A stretch of 64,000 nt of DNA from an uncultured Candidatus Saccharibacteria bacterium (GTDB taxonomy: Bacteria; Patescibacteriota; Saccharimonadia; CAILAD01; JADZBC01): NCBI GenBank assembly GCA_964496815.1, contig CAZCAO010000001.1, forward strand, positions 17,803 to 81,802, given 5' to 3'. Position numbers and translations under genes: made by a program. The notes below the pieces were generated by a model. The model did no database searches and had not been told where the DNA came from. It worked only from the letters and a program-made list of their open reading frames with translations. Position 1 is the first letter of the stretch, and each line of letters starts with the position of its first letter. This document shows, piece after piece, positions 40,415 to 49,460 of the stretch.

Positions 40415-41748
40415 TGGTTATTCGCGATATTATTCGTCGTTCCGGCCGGAGCCTAAAGAGTGCTAAAGCACGCACGCTCCTTACAGCTCTGGCCATCGCA
40501 GTTGGGGCTTTTGCACTAACGCTAACCTTGGCAGCTAGTAACGGGGCTACGCAATACATAAACAAAATTATTTCTGAAAACTTCGACCCAGCTGAATTGT
40601 TGGTGGGTAAAGATGAAGCAATCTTTGGCCGCGGTGATAATTCCAAGCCCAAGGAATACGATGCCAACTATTCAACTGCCTTAAGCCGGGCTGGCGCAAA
40701 TACTCAAATTAAGCAGCTCGACGAGAATGACATTGCGACCATTAAGGCCCTGGATGGCGTCTCGAGAGTGCGCGAAAGCATCACTGCGAATTTACAGTAT
40801 GTAACTCGTCCTGGTCAGAAAAGGTACATCGGCAACGCCCAGGCTTTTAGCCCCTACAGCAAGCCAGAAGTTTTGGCGGGCAAGGTGCCAGACCCACTGA
40901 GTAATAAGCAGATTCTACTTCCCGAGGGCTACCTGTCTGTCCTAGGCTTTAGCGGTGCGGAGGATGCCATTGGCAAGCAAGTTACCCTGGCCGTAGCTAA
41001 ACCAGCTACCTTAGGCAGCGGTCGACCAACGCCGACTGAGGGCAATACGGTGTTAACAGACTTTACCATAGCTGCCGTACTGAAGCGGCCAAGTACGGCG
41101 CAGCCTGGAACGGAGTTGTACATGTATGTCGGGCTTGATGATGCACGCGAGCTGCAAGACATTACTACCTTCGGAACCCCAAATTATCGTAAATATACGT
41201 TTGTATTTACCCAGGTGGCGAATGGGGCTAACGATCCGCAGGCGCTCAAGGTTGTCCAGGATAAACTGAAGTCCAAGGGCTATGTGGCGCAGTCGGTCAA
41301 AGATACTCAGCAAACGCTGACTGGCTTCATTACTGTATTGCAGGGCATTGTGGCGGGTTTTGGTATGATCGCGATTATTGCCTCTGTTTTTGGTGTGATT
41401 AATACGATGTACATTAGCGTGCTGCAACGCACGCGAGAGATAGGGCTGATGAAGGCATTGGGTATGCGCAAACGTGATATTGGTCGTCTGTTTCGCTTCG
41501 AGGCAGCTTGGATTGGCTTTTTAGGAGGAATGATTGGTTCGTTGCTGGCTGTCGCCCTCGGTACGGCGCTTAATCCGTTTATCACTAAAAGCCTGAATCT
41601 GGGATCGGGTAATTATCTGCTCATATTCAAGCCAGTTGAGGTAGTAGAACTGGTCGTAGCGCTTATGTTGGTCTCCATACTGGCTGGCTGGTTGCCGTCG
41701 CGCAAAGCCGCTAAGCTTGATCCAATTGAAGCATTAAGAACGGAATAG
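40414..41748 (+). CDS. ABC transporter permease (MacB/FtsX-like)
   Basis: RTLLT..IAVG, RTREIGLMKALG, PSRKAAKLDPIEALR. Confidence 0.92.
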   Translation: MVIRDIIRRSGRSLKSAKARTLLTALAIAVGAFALTLTLAASNGATQYINKIISENFDPAELLVGKDEAIFGRGDNSKPKEYDANYSTALSRAGANTQIKQLDENDIATIKALDGVSRVRESITANLQYVTRPGQKRYIGNAQAFSPYSKPEVLAGKVPDPLSNKQILLPEGYLSVLGFSGAEDAIGKQVTLAVAKPATLGSGRPTPTEGNTVLTDFTIAAVLKRPSTAQPGTELYMYVGLDDARELQDITTFGTPNYRKYTFVFTQVANGANDPQALKVVQDKLKSKGYVAQSVKDTQQTLTGFITVLQGIVAGFGMIAIIASVFGVINTMYISVLQRTREIGLMKALGMRKRDIGRLFRFEAAWIGFLGGMIGSLLAVALGTALNPFITKSLNLGSGNYLLIFKPVEVVELVVALMLVSILAGWLPSRKAAKLDPIEALRTE

Positions 41749-41756
41749 GAGGGGTC

Positions 41757-42008
41757 ATGCTGATCGACGTTCGAACACCAGAGGAGTATGCCGAGGCTCA
41801 TTTGGAAGGGGCAGTCAATGTAGAGCTGAGCCCTGATATGGTAGAGCTGATTCCGGCAGAAGCAAGGCAAGAGACTATAAAGCTCTATTGCCGTAGTGGC
41901 GGCAGGGCAGGAACAGCCGCACGATTATTAGCACAGGCAGGCTACCAAGTGAAGAATATTGGCGGGATTGATGATTTAGTGGCTCAGGGATATAGTAAGG
42001 CTAAGTAA
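41757..42008 (+). CDS. Rhodanese-like domain protein
   Basis: IDVRTPEEY..HLEGA, YCRSGGRA, NIGG. Confidence 0.9.
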   Translation: MLIDVRTPEEYAEAHLEGAVNVELSPDMVELIPAEARQETIKLYCRSGGRAGTAARLLAQAGYQVKNIGGIDDLVAQGYSKAK

Positions 42009-42022
42009 TTAGGAGAATACCT

Positions 42023-42202
42023 ATGGATGACAAGAAAAAGAAAGACCTCGAAGAGCAAAAGCGCGGTGGCCTGTTCGTACCCGCTGGTGTCTTGCTGGGC
42101 ACCGGCCTGGGCTTTGCTTATGGTAATATCCCGGCGGGAGCACTGATTGGCTTGGGTGTAGGCTTTACTATCTTTGCCCTCATTAGCGTTTTCAAAAAAT
42201 AG
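42023..42202 (+). CDS. Small membrane protein (59 aa, not in the ORF track)
   Basis: AGGAG SD; MDDKKKKDLEEQKRGGLFVPAGVLLGTGLGFAYGNIPAGALIGLGVGFTIFALISVFKK, two Gly-rich TM segments. Confidence 0.75.
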   Translation: MDDKKKKDLEEQKRGGLFVPAGVLLGTGLGFAYGNIPAGALIGLGVGFTIFALISVFKK

Positions 42203-42214
42203 TGTCTTGGTATA

Positions 42215-42263
42215 AACGAAGAAGACCCCCGAACGAATCGGGGGTCTTCTTCGTTCAGGGGTC
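42215..42263. repeat. Palindromic cassette repeat R1 / terminator
   Basis: AACGAAGAAGACCCCCGA-acgaa-TCGGGGGTCTTCTTCGTT-CAGGGGTC; 18-bp perfect stem. Confidence 0.9.
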
Positions 42264-42289
42264 AAACATAGTTGCTGTCGGAGTGTATA

Positions 42290-42727
42290 CTACAGTTCCA
42301 GTTCTAGGCCGAACGCGGCCAGCTGGGCCTGTATGAACTCCACGCTACCTGCATCAAGAGAGGTAGTGTTGAGCAGGAAGGTGGCGCGATACTTCATCAG
42401 CTCGCCAACGGTGTTGATACCGGATTGGTTGCGCAAGCAAGCGGCCGTTCGAGTCCTCAGCAGCTGCGGAAACTCGCGTCCCTCATGCTTCAAATCCAGC
42501 AGGTCTTCGATGCTCATCTCGAGAATCTCGCGCATTTTACCGACGAGCTCGGTTGTGACGCGTATTTCCTCGACCTTGATGGTGGCCATCACGTCGAGAC
42601 CGAAGTAGGTGTCTTCTAGTCTCCTGATGGTCTCGAGGGCTTCCAGTATGGCACTGGGGCTCCCTGTGAGGACGAGTTGCACGTGTGCTTTGTGCGGTAC
42701 GACTTCGGTTCCTTCGATGTCGGGCAT
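42290..42727 (-). CDS. Protein with RNA polymerase alpha C-terminal-domain-like region
   Basis: SIEDL..RTAACLRNQSGINTVGELM..FLLNTTSL..GSVEFI..LAAFGLEL parallels alpha-CTD V.DL..RSANCL..I.YIGDL..LLKTPNLG.KSL.EI..L..GL. Confidence 0.65.
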   Translation of the reverse strand: MPDIEGTEVVPHKAHVQLVLTGSPSAILEALETIRRLEDTYFGLDVMATIKVEEIRVTTELVGKMREILEMSIEDLLDLKHEGREFPQLLRTRTAACLRNQSGINTVGELMKYRATFLLNTTSLDAGSVEFIQAQLAAFGLELEL

Positions 42728-42788
42728 TGCTAGGGCCTTTTGTTCTCTGCGGGGCTACCGCAGCACATCCACGGTGGATGATTAGCAG

Positions 42789-42817
42789 ATAATATAACAA
42801 AATTAGTAAAAAGTCAA
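42789..42817 (-). promoter_or_regulatory. Promoter of cassette 1
   Basis: Minus strand TTGACT-17-TATTAT. Confidence 0.65.
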
Positions 42818-42829
42818 TATTCTTATTAA

Positions 42830-42873
42830 GAAAGGACCCCCGAACGAATCGGGGGTCCTTTCGTTCGGGGGTC
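42830..42873. repeat. Palindromic cassette repeat R2 / terminator
   Basis: GAAAGGACCCCCGA-acgaa-TCGGGGGTCCTTTC-GTTCGGGGGTC. Confidence 0.9.
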
Positions 42874-42894
42874 GGATTGTTGGTGGCCGCTTGC

Positions 42895-43272
42895 TCAGCG
42901 GCCGAGGATGACCGTACAGGACGGATTGTCCTGGATCAGCCAGTCGCCGTCGTACTGCACCAGCTTGCCATCGCAGACCTTGCTGGTCTTGGAGCCGTCT
43001 GTCACGGTGTAGCGCACGGCCCTCTTCCAGACCGAGAGCTCGACCACGTGGATCTTGTCGTAGTGCGACTCGACCTCCGTCGTGACACGGGCATCTTCCT
43101 TGGCCCGGCTCTCATCCACGAGGTACATGCCATTGGCGAAGACCACGAAGATGACGGCCAGTACCCCGAAGGCGATGGCTGGCTTCCAGTGTTTCTTGGA
43201 GATCAGCAGGACACCGGTGGCGACTGCGAGCACTCCCGCCATCATCAGTGCGACGATTACTTCTGCGCTCAT
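42895..43272 (-). CDS. Hypothetical membrane protein (2 TM plus small Cys-pair domain)
   Basis: AAGGAGG SD; two hydrophobic helices; GC-rich third codon positions. Confidence 0.75.
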   Translation of the reverse strand: MSAEVIVALMMAGVLAVATGVLLISKKHWKPAIAFGVLAVIFVVFANGMYLVDESRAKEDARVTTEVESHYDKIHVVELSVWKRAVRYTVTDGSKTSKVCDGKLVQYDGDWLIQDNPSCTVILGR

Positions 43273-43314
43273 GGCGCCTCCTTGTTCGGGGCCTCAGATT
43301 TAAGGCTGAAGGGT

Positions 43315-43343
43315 ATATTAGCATATTATGCAATAAAAGTAAA
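43315..43343 (-). promoter_or_regulatory. Promoter of cassette 2
   Basis: Minus strand TTTACT-17-TAATAT with TG extended -10. Confidence 0.55.
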
Positions 43344-43366
43344 TACATACAAGGTTTTTGTGTAAT

Positions 43367-43413
43367 AACGAAAAGACCCCCGAACGAATCGGGGGACTTT
43401 TCGTTCAGGGGTC
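43367..43413. repeat. Palindromic cassette repeat R3 / terminator
   Basis: AACGAAAAGACCCCCGA-acgaa-TCGGGGGACTTTTCGTT-CAGGGGTC (one mismatch in the stem). Confidence 0.9.
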
Positions 43414-43426
43414 GGGCTGTGCCGGC

Positions 43427-43846
43427 TCAGCCGGAGGTGATGACCAGCCTGATGTCGGCGAAGGCATTGGTCAGCGCCTGCTCGAACTCGAGGTTCTCGC
43501 CGATTCCGTGGCCGAAGTGCTCTCGAACGTCGACGGCTCGGATCACCTCGGTCTCCTTGAGCACGCTCAGGGCGTGGTCGATGATCTGTGCCTTGAGCTT
43601 CTCCTGCGGATCGCTCCGCTTGGCGTCGATCAGGACCACACGGTTGTGCAGCTGGCTGAGCTTCTCGTGCTTCTCGTGGAGTCGGCCCTCGACGTTGATC
43701 ACTGCATGTTCTGCAAGGATCTGGAAGCGCCCAGAGGTCACGATGGTCTGGATCTGGCCATCGTCACCCGTGAAGCGCAGGCTTCCGTCGGGCATGGTGG
43801 CCAAGAGGCCTACCTGCAGGGCAGGCGTGGTTGCAGTTGCAGCCAT
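43427..43846 (-). CDS. Hypothetical protein (cassette 3)
   Basis: AAGGAG SD; GC-rich third codon positions; lies between a promoter and repeat R3. Confidence 0.75.
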   Translation of the reverse strand: MAATATTPALQVGLLATMPDGSLRFTGDDGQIQTIVTSGRFQILAEHAVINVEGRLHEKHEKLSQLHNRVVLIDAKRSDPQEKLKAQIIDHALSVLKETEVIRAVDVREHFGHGIGENLEFEQALTNAFADIRLVITSG

Positions 43847-43879
43847 GTCAGTTCTCCTTGGTCGGTGGATGACTAAATA

Positions 43880-43907
43880 ATTATATACTAAATCGAAAAA
43901 TAGTCAA
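43880..43907 (-). promoter_or_regulatory. Promoter of cassette 3
   Basis: Minus strand TTGACT-16-TATAAT. Confidence 0.7.
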
Positions 43908-43970
43908 TGTATTGAGTGTTTTATATCAAGCCTACTTTCCGCTATACTGTTGTAAAGAAAAGGAGCCAGT

Positions 43971-45284
43971 ATGGCACGGGTAACACCACGTATCCTCAGC
44001 GGTTTTGTTGAGCTTCTGCCCGAGGATCAGATCCAATTTAATAAGATGTTCGATACAATTCGTAGTGTGTACGAAAGCTATGGCTATGCACCGATTGAGA
44101 CACCGGCAATCGAGTTGGGAGAGGTTTTGCTCGCTAAGGCAGGCGGTGAGACCGAGAAGCAAATCTACAAAATCGCTCGGGACAAAGACGACAAAGAGAT
44201 GGCATTACACTTTGACCTAACTGTGCCCCTGGCGCGCTATGTAGCTCAGCACGAAGGTGAGTTGGTTTTGCCGTTTAGGCGCTATCAAATGCAAAAAGTC
44301 TGGCGTGGCGAACGCAGTCAGGCAGGACGATACAAGGAGTTCTACCAATGCGACATCGACGTCGTTGGCAGTAGCAATGTGCTCTATGACGCTGAAATGC
44401 CTGCTGTTATTTCGAGCGTATTCCGCCAGCTTAATATCGGTAGCTTCACGATTCGAATCAATAATCGAAAGATCTTACAGGGTTACTTGGAAAGCATTGG
44501 TGCACATCACATTTCGGCAGAAGTACTGCGTGTAATTGATAAGCTAGAAAAGATTGGCGAAGCTGCGGTGGTCTCTGAGCTCGTTAAGCTCGGCGTTGAA
44601 GAGCAAGCAACCCAAAAGCTACTGACATTCTTACGTACGGCAGGAACTGTGGACGAGGTGCTTGAGCAGCTTAGGCAAGTAGACACACAAAACACCCGCT
44701 ATCTAGCTGGGTTAGAGGAACTGAGTGGTGTGATTGACGGTATGCGTCGCCTAGGAGTGCCAGCCGAAGACTACGTGATCGATTTAAAGATTGCTAGGGG
44801 GCTAGATTATTACACCGGTACTGTTTACGAAACAAACCTGGATGACTTCCCAGGGGTAGGCAGTGTGTGTTCTGGTGGCCGTTATGACGATTTAGCGAGC
44901 TATTATACCAAGAGCAAACTGCCTGGAGTTGGAGTATCTATTGGCTTAACTCGGCTGTTTATGCAGCTTAAAGAAATTGGCCTGGTGAGTGCTGGAGCTA
45001 AGACCACCAGTCAGGCGGTGATCTTGCCTCTTAACCCCGCCGCAACTGCTCGCGCACTCGAAGTAGCTAGTGAGCTTCGCAATGCTGGTATCACAGTCGA
45101 AGCATACATGGAGCAGTCGCAGCCAAGCAAGATGATGCGCTACGTGGACCGCCTTGGCGCGCCCTATGCTATCGTGATCGGCGAGGATGAGTTGGCGAGT
45201 GGGGAAGTAGTGCTGAAGAATATGACAACGGGCGAACAGCCGGTGGTGAGCATACAGGAAGTGATCAAGCGCCTAAAGGGCTGA
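43971..45284 (+). CDS. hisS: Histidyl-tRNA synthetase
   Basis: FDLTVPLARY, WRGERSQAGRYKEFYQCD, RGLDYYTG, GGRYD, anticodon-binding domain. Confidence 0.97.
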   Translation: MARVTPRILSGFVELLPEDQIQFNKMFDTIRSVYESYGYAPIETPAIELGEVLLAKAGGETEKQIYKIARDKDDKEMALHFDLTVPLARYVAQHEGELVLPFRRYQMQKVWRGERSQAGRYKEFYQCDIDVVGSSNVLYDAEMPAVISSVFRQLNIGSFTIRINNRKILQGYLESIGAHHISAEVLRVIDKLEKIGEAAVVSELVKLGVEEQATQKLLTFLRTAGTVDEVLEQLRQVDTQNTRYLAGLEELSGVIDGMRRLGVPAEDYVIDLKIARGLDYYTGTVYETNLDDFPGVGSVCSGGRYDDLASYYTKSKLPGVGVSIGLTRLFMQLKEIGLVSAGAKTTSQAVILPLNPAATARALEVASELRNAGITVEAYMEQSQPSKMMRYVDRLGAPYAIVIGEDELASGEVVLKNMTTGEQPVVSIQEVIKRLKG

Positions 45285-45398
45285 CAACTAGCCTCGAATC
45301 TGCTATAATATTGAGCGAAAGATACGCGCCACATTGTGTGTCAATGTAGGCGCATTTATTTTGCTCAAATCTAAGATAATTACCCTGAAAGGTACTAC

Positions 45399-47234
45399 AT
45401 GGAAGCTGCCCAAAAAACCGAGAATATTCGTAACATCGCAATTATTGCCCACGTAGATCATGGCAAGACAACCTTGGTCGACGGCTTGCTTAAGCAATCC
45501 AAGACGTTCCGTGAGAACCAAGCCGAAATGGCTCAAGAGCTCATCATGGATAGTGGCGACCAGGAAAAGGAACGTGGCATTACCATTACCGCTAAAGTCA
45601 CTGCTGTGCAGCACGGTGATTACCGTATTAATATTATTGACACCCCGGGGCACGCGGATTTTTCTGGCGAGGTAGAACGTACACTCAATATGGCCGACGG
45701 CTGCTTGCTCATCGTCGATGCTCAAGAAGGCCCAATGCCACAGACGAAGTTCGTGCTTACTAAGGCATTGGCCGGTGGACTCAAGCCAATTGTGGTGATT
45801 AATAAGATTGACAAGCCAGGTAGTAGAATCGCAGAAGTAGAAGAAGAGCTAGCGGATCTGTTCTTGGAGCTTGCTGTACACGAAGACCAGCTTCACTACC
45901 CCGTGTATTATGCAATTGGTCGTGAAGGTAAAGCCTGGAAGGACGCCCCAAGCGATCCGACTGACGCGGGTGATCTAGAGTGTATCTTCGATGCAATTAT
46001 AAGCGACGTGCCCGCTCCAAAAGTCGAGCTTGATGCACCATTCCAGATGCTCGTGACCGCTCTGGCTCACGATACTTATAAGGGCAAATACGCCGTTGGG
46101 CGCATTAACCGCGGCTCAGTTAAGGCTGGTGATACGGTTTCACTCTGTCAAAAAGACGGCAAAATATCTAAAGCCAGAGTCGAGGCTGTGTTTATGAGTC
46201 ATGGCGTGAGTAAATTCGAAGTGCCTGGTGGAATTGCTGGTGACATCGTCCAGCTGACCGGCATTAGCGCTGTGCAGATTGGCGAAACGATCGCTGACGC
46301 CGAAAAGCCAGAAGCCCTGCCCGTACTCGAGGTAGAAGCACCAACCCTGAAAATTTACATTGGCCCCAATACCAGTCCACTCAAGGGCCTAGAGGGTGAG
46401 TTTACTACCAGCCGACAGATTGATGAGCGCTTGCACAAAGAGTTGGAAACGAACATTGGCTTGCGCGTCGAAGACGGTGGGCTTGGATTCTTGGTTTCTG
46501 GTCGTGGCGAGCTTCATTTGAGCGTGTTAATCGAAACGCTACGTCGTGAAGGTTTTGAGCTCGAAGTCGGTCGCCCCCAAGTTGTCACGAAGGAAGAAAA
46601 TGGGCAGACCATGGAGCCGGTTGAAGAATTGATCATCGAAGTGCCGGCCGAACACGTTGGTGCGGTTCAGATGGAGCTTGGGGCGCGTCGCGCAACCCTG
46701 AAGGAACAGTTCGCCAGTCCTAAGGGTGTAACGAAGTTGGTGTATGAATTGCCGACCCGCGTGTTACTTGGTTTGCGCAACATCCTGCTGACCAACACCA
46801 AGGGAACGGTGATTATGAATAGCCTAATGATTGGCTATCAGCCGCTTGGGCCAGCTATGCAGCAGCTTCGTAGTGGTGTGTTGATTGCTTTCGAAGCTGG
46901 CACAACTACTCCGTATGCTCTGCAGACGGTTGAGCAACGAGGTACGTGCTTTGTCGGTCCAGGTGAGAAGGTTTATGCCGGCCAGATTATTGGTCTGAAC
47001 GCGCGTTCTGATGATATGGAAATCAACGTTTGCAAAGAAAAGCATCTAACCAATATGCGTTCTAGTTCGAGTGATGGTGTAGTGCAGCTAACTCCGCCCG
47101 TCATCTTTAGTCTCGAAGAGTGCATCGACTTTATCGAGAACGACGAGCTGCTAGAAGTCACGCCAAAGAGTTTGCGACTTCGTAAGCGCGAGCTTGATCA
47201 CAATATGCGCAAGCGTCAGAACAACAAACGCTAG
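45399..47234 (+). CDS. typA: Translational GTPase TypA/BipA
   Basis: IAHVDHGKTT, ERGITI, DTPGH, NKID, GRGELHL, ELLEVTP. Confidence 0.97.
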   Translation: MEAAQKTENIRNIAIIAHVDHGKTTLVDGLLKQSKTFRENQAEMAQELIMDSGDQEKERGITITAKVTAVQHGDYRINIIDTPGHADFSGEVERTLNMADGCLLIVDAQEGPMPQTKFVLTKALAGGLKPIVVINKIDKPGSRIAEVEEELADLFLELAVHEDQLHYPVYYAIGREGKAWKDAPSDPTDAGDLECIFDAIISDVPAPKVELDAPFQMLVTALAHDTYKGKYAVGRINRGSVKAGDTVSLCQKDGKISKARVEAVFMSHGVSKFEVPGGIAGDIVQLTGISAVQIGETIADAEKPEALPVLEVEAPTLKIYIGPNTSPLKGLEGEFTTSRQIDERLHKELETNIGLRVEDGGLGFLVSGRGELHLSVLIETLRREGFELEVGRPQVVTKEENGQTMEPVEELIIEVPAEHVGAVQMELGARRATLKEQFASPKGVTKLVYELPTRVLLGLRNILLTNTKGTVIMNSLMIGYQPLGPAMQQLRSGVLIAFEAGTTTPYALQTVEQRGTCFVGPGEKVYAGQIIGLNARSDDMEINVCKEKHLTNMRSSSSDGVVQLTPPVIFSLEECIDFIENDELLEVTPKSLRLRKRELDHNMRKRQNNKR

Positions 47235-47277
47235 GACTCATTTATTACTACCGGGCTCGGTCTTGTATAATACTTGT

Positions 47278-47727
47278 ATGAAGAAACCCAAACTGGCAAT
47301 CTGCGCAAGCGCAGCCGTATATGATAGAGCTATACCGTTAAGCGATCAGGTTGCTGAGCTTGGGTTTGAGGTCATCTTGCCAGCTACCGCACAAGCTATG
47401 AAGTCTCGCGGCGCGGCGAATACAGAGGCGGCGGTTGACTGGTCGCAAATAGCCGACAAGTATGAGTACAAGGCGGAACTTATTCGCGGTCATTTTGATG
47501 TAATCACTGATGCAGATGCGGTGTTGGTCATGAATCTCGAGAAAGACGGCAAGCCCGACTACATCGGCGGCAATGTTCTCATGGAAATGACGTTAGCATT
47601 TTATCTCCATAAGCCGATATACGTGTATGGATCTGTGCCCAAGGACTCCCCCCTTATTGATGAGATTCTCGGCATGCAGCCGATCTTCTTGAATAGTAGT
47701 CTCGATAGACTCCAGGACTTGTTATAA
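47278..47727 (+). CDS. Nucleoside 2-deoxyribosyltransferase-like / Rossmann-fold hypothetical protein
   Basis: HFDVITDADAVLVMN..YIGGNVLMEM..AFYLHKPIY; start 47278. Confidence 0.6.
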   Translation: MKKPKLAICASAAVYDRAIPLSDQVAELGFEVILPATAQAMKSRGAANTEAAVDWSQIADKYEYKAELIRGHFDVITDADAVLVMNLEKDGKPDYIGGNVLMEMTLAFYLHKPIYVYGSVPKDSPLIDEILGMQPIFLNSSLDRLQDLL

Positions 47728-47734
47728 TACTGCC

Positions 47735-49198
47735 ATGAAAGCGCTAACCCTCATTGCTCAGGCAGAGCATCACTATGCCCCAGAACAGATCGCGCGCCTT
47801 AAGGCCGCTGTGGAGCTTGCAACGCGCGCCCATGCTGGCCAAAAGCGTAAGAGTGGGGAGCCTTATATTACCCACCCGTTGCACGTAGCGTCATTATTGA
47901 TCGATTGGAAGCTTGATATTGATTCGGTTATTGCCGGTGTGTTACACGATACGGTAGAAGACACGACCACAACTATGGAAGATGTGCGAGCGCAGTTTGG
48001 TGACGATGTGGCATTTTTGGTTGATGGTGTTACTAAGGTTGGCAAAGTACGCAGTGGCATGCGTAGCATGGATGAGTATCGACCCGAAACTAGGGAGAAT
48101 CTTAGTAAGCTGCTGATCGCAGTAGGGCAGGACCTGCGCGTCATTATCATTAAACTAGCCGATCGGCTACATAACCTACAGACATTGCGCTATTTGAGCG
48201 AGGAAAAGCAACATAAGATAGCCCGCGAATCTCTCGATGTCTTCGCACCACTAGCAGACAGAATGGGTATGGGGCGGCTGCGCGTACAGATCGAAGAATT
48301 AGCTTTTTCTTACTTGGAGCCCGAGGCTTATAAGGAGCTTCAGTCCACTATCAAAAAACGTGTGCGGCAGGCTCACAAAAATCTCGAGAACGTGCGTTTG
48401 AAAGTTGAGCAGACGTTTCGTTCGGCTGGTTTGCAGGCACGGCTCGAGGGGCGAATCAAAAGCGTGTATTCTTTGCACAAAAAGCTCAAAAAGGTCGGTG
48501 GTGACTTCGATGATATTTACGATCTCATAGCACTCAGGGTGCTCGTAGAGGATGTCGAGGATTGCTACCGAGCACTTGGTCTACTGCATAGTCTCTATCA
48601 ACCCCTGCCGACGCGGATTAAGGACTATATATCGGTGCCTAAGCCCAATGGCTACCAGTCGCTTCACACGACGGTTTTGACACCTGAGGGCCAGGTGGTG
48701 GAGTTTCAGATTCGTACCGAGGAGATGCACACACATGCTGAGCGCGGTTTAGCAGCGAGCTTTCACTATAACGAGCAGAAGCTTGCTAAGAACTACGTGC
48801 GAGGTGAAGCTTCGCGTCTGCCACGCAACATGCAATGGGTTGTGACCTTGCAGGATGCTATTGCTTCACTCGATGGCGACAGCTCGGCATACGAGCGACT
48901 TAAAGTTGATTTATTCGCAGATCGAATCTTTACTTACTCACCCAAAGGTGATATCTATGACCTGCCCGAAGGAGCAACGGCACTCGATTTTGCTTTTGCT
49001 GTACACTCCGATATTGGTTTGCAAGCGCATACTATTAGGGTGAATCATAAAATCGCCTCGTTCGACAAAGAACTCAACAATGGCGATATTGTAGAAGTGG
49101 TTACTCAGAAGCGGGCACACCCGAGTATGGAATGGGTGAACTTTTTACGAACCGATAAGGCGCGCAGCAAGGTGCGGGCCTACCTACACAGTCGGTGA
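47735..49198 (+). CDS. rel: RelA/SpoT homologue (HD hydrolase, synthetase, TGS)
   Basis: HAGQKRKSGEPY, LHDTVED, KLADRLHN, RIKDY, NGYQSLHT, EFQIRT, TGS (ALDFAFAVH). Confidence 0.93.
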   Translation: MKALTLIAQAEHHYAPEQIARLKAAVELATRAHAGQKRKSGEPYITHPLHVASLLIDWKLDIDSVIAGVLHDTVEDTTTTMEDVRAQFGDDVAFLVDGVTKVGKVRSGMRSMDEYRPETRENLSKLLIAVGQDLRVIIIKLADRLHNLQTLRYLSEEKQHKIARESLDVFAPLADRMGMGRLRVQIEELAFSYLEPEAYKELQSTIKKRVRQAHKNLENVRLKVEQTFRSAGLQARLEGRIKSVYSLHKKLKKVGGDFDDIYDLIALRVLVEDVEDCYRALGLLHSLYQPLPTRIKDYISVPKPNGYQSLHTTVLTPEGQVVEFQIRTEEMHTHAERGLAASFHYNEQKLAKNYVRGEASRLPRNMQWVVTLQDAIASLDGDSSAYERLKVDLFADRIFTYSPKGDIYDLPEGATALDFAFAVHSDIGLQAHTIRVNHKIASFDKELNNGDIVEVVTQKRAHPSMEWVNFLRTDKARSKVRAYLHSR

Positions 49199-49432
49199 TT
49201 ACTTCAATATAGGCTTAGGGCACTGCTTTTCTATAAGGTCACTGCTAGCAGCCGGATTAACTTGTTTCATGCCGTTGACACAGTCTTTATATTTGCTATA
49301 GGTAGCTTTAAAGTTATTTGGCGCCAGAAATACGAGCGTTATAAAGAGTGCTACGACAACGAGAGCAGCCTGTATAATCAAGCAGATGTAAGCAATCGTC
49401 CTGTAGTCATGTTTGGCGTTGATTTTAGACAT
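49199..49432 (-). CDS. Small membrane-anchored hypothetical protein
   Basis: One TM segment plus a Cys pair; fills the gap between convergent and divergent neighbours. Confidence 0.5.
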   Translation of the reverse strand: MSKINAKHDYRTIAYICLIIQAALVVVALFITLVFLAPNNFKATYSKYKDCVNGMKQVNPAASSDLIEKQCPKPILK

Positions 49433-49460
49433 AGTGGCTTGTCTTGATTATAATACGCTT

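Noticed and set aside
42215-43413. Three repeats as a CRISPR array
   Set aside because: Spacing is about 540-610 bp with whole genes and promoters between copies, and there are no cas genes.
42215-43413. Repeats as canonical integron attC sites
   Set aside because: They are shorter than typical attC, do not fit RYYYAAC/GTTRRRY, show no clear extrahelical bases, and no intI is in the window. Kept only as an analogy.
42333-43880. Plus-strand ORFs 42877-43365, 43248-43880, 43358-43876 and similar
   Set aside because: Antisense shadows of GC-rich minus-strand genes that have their own promoters and terminators; two of them run through a repeat.
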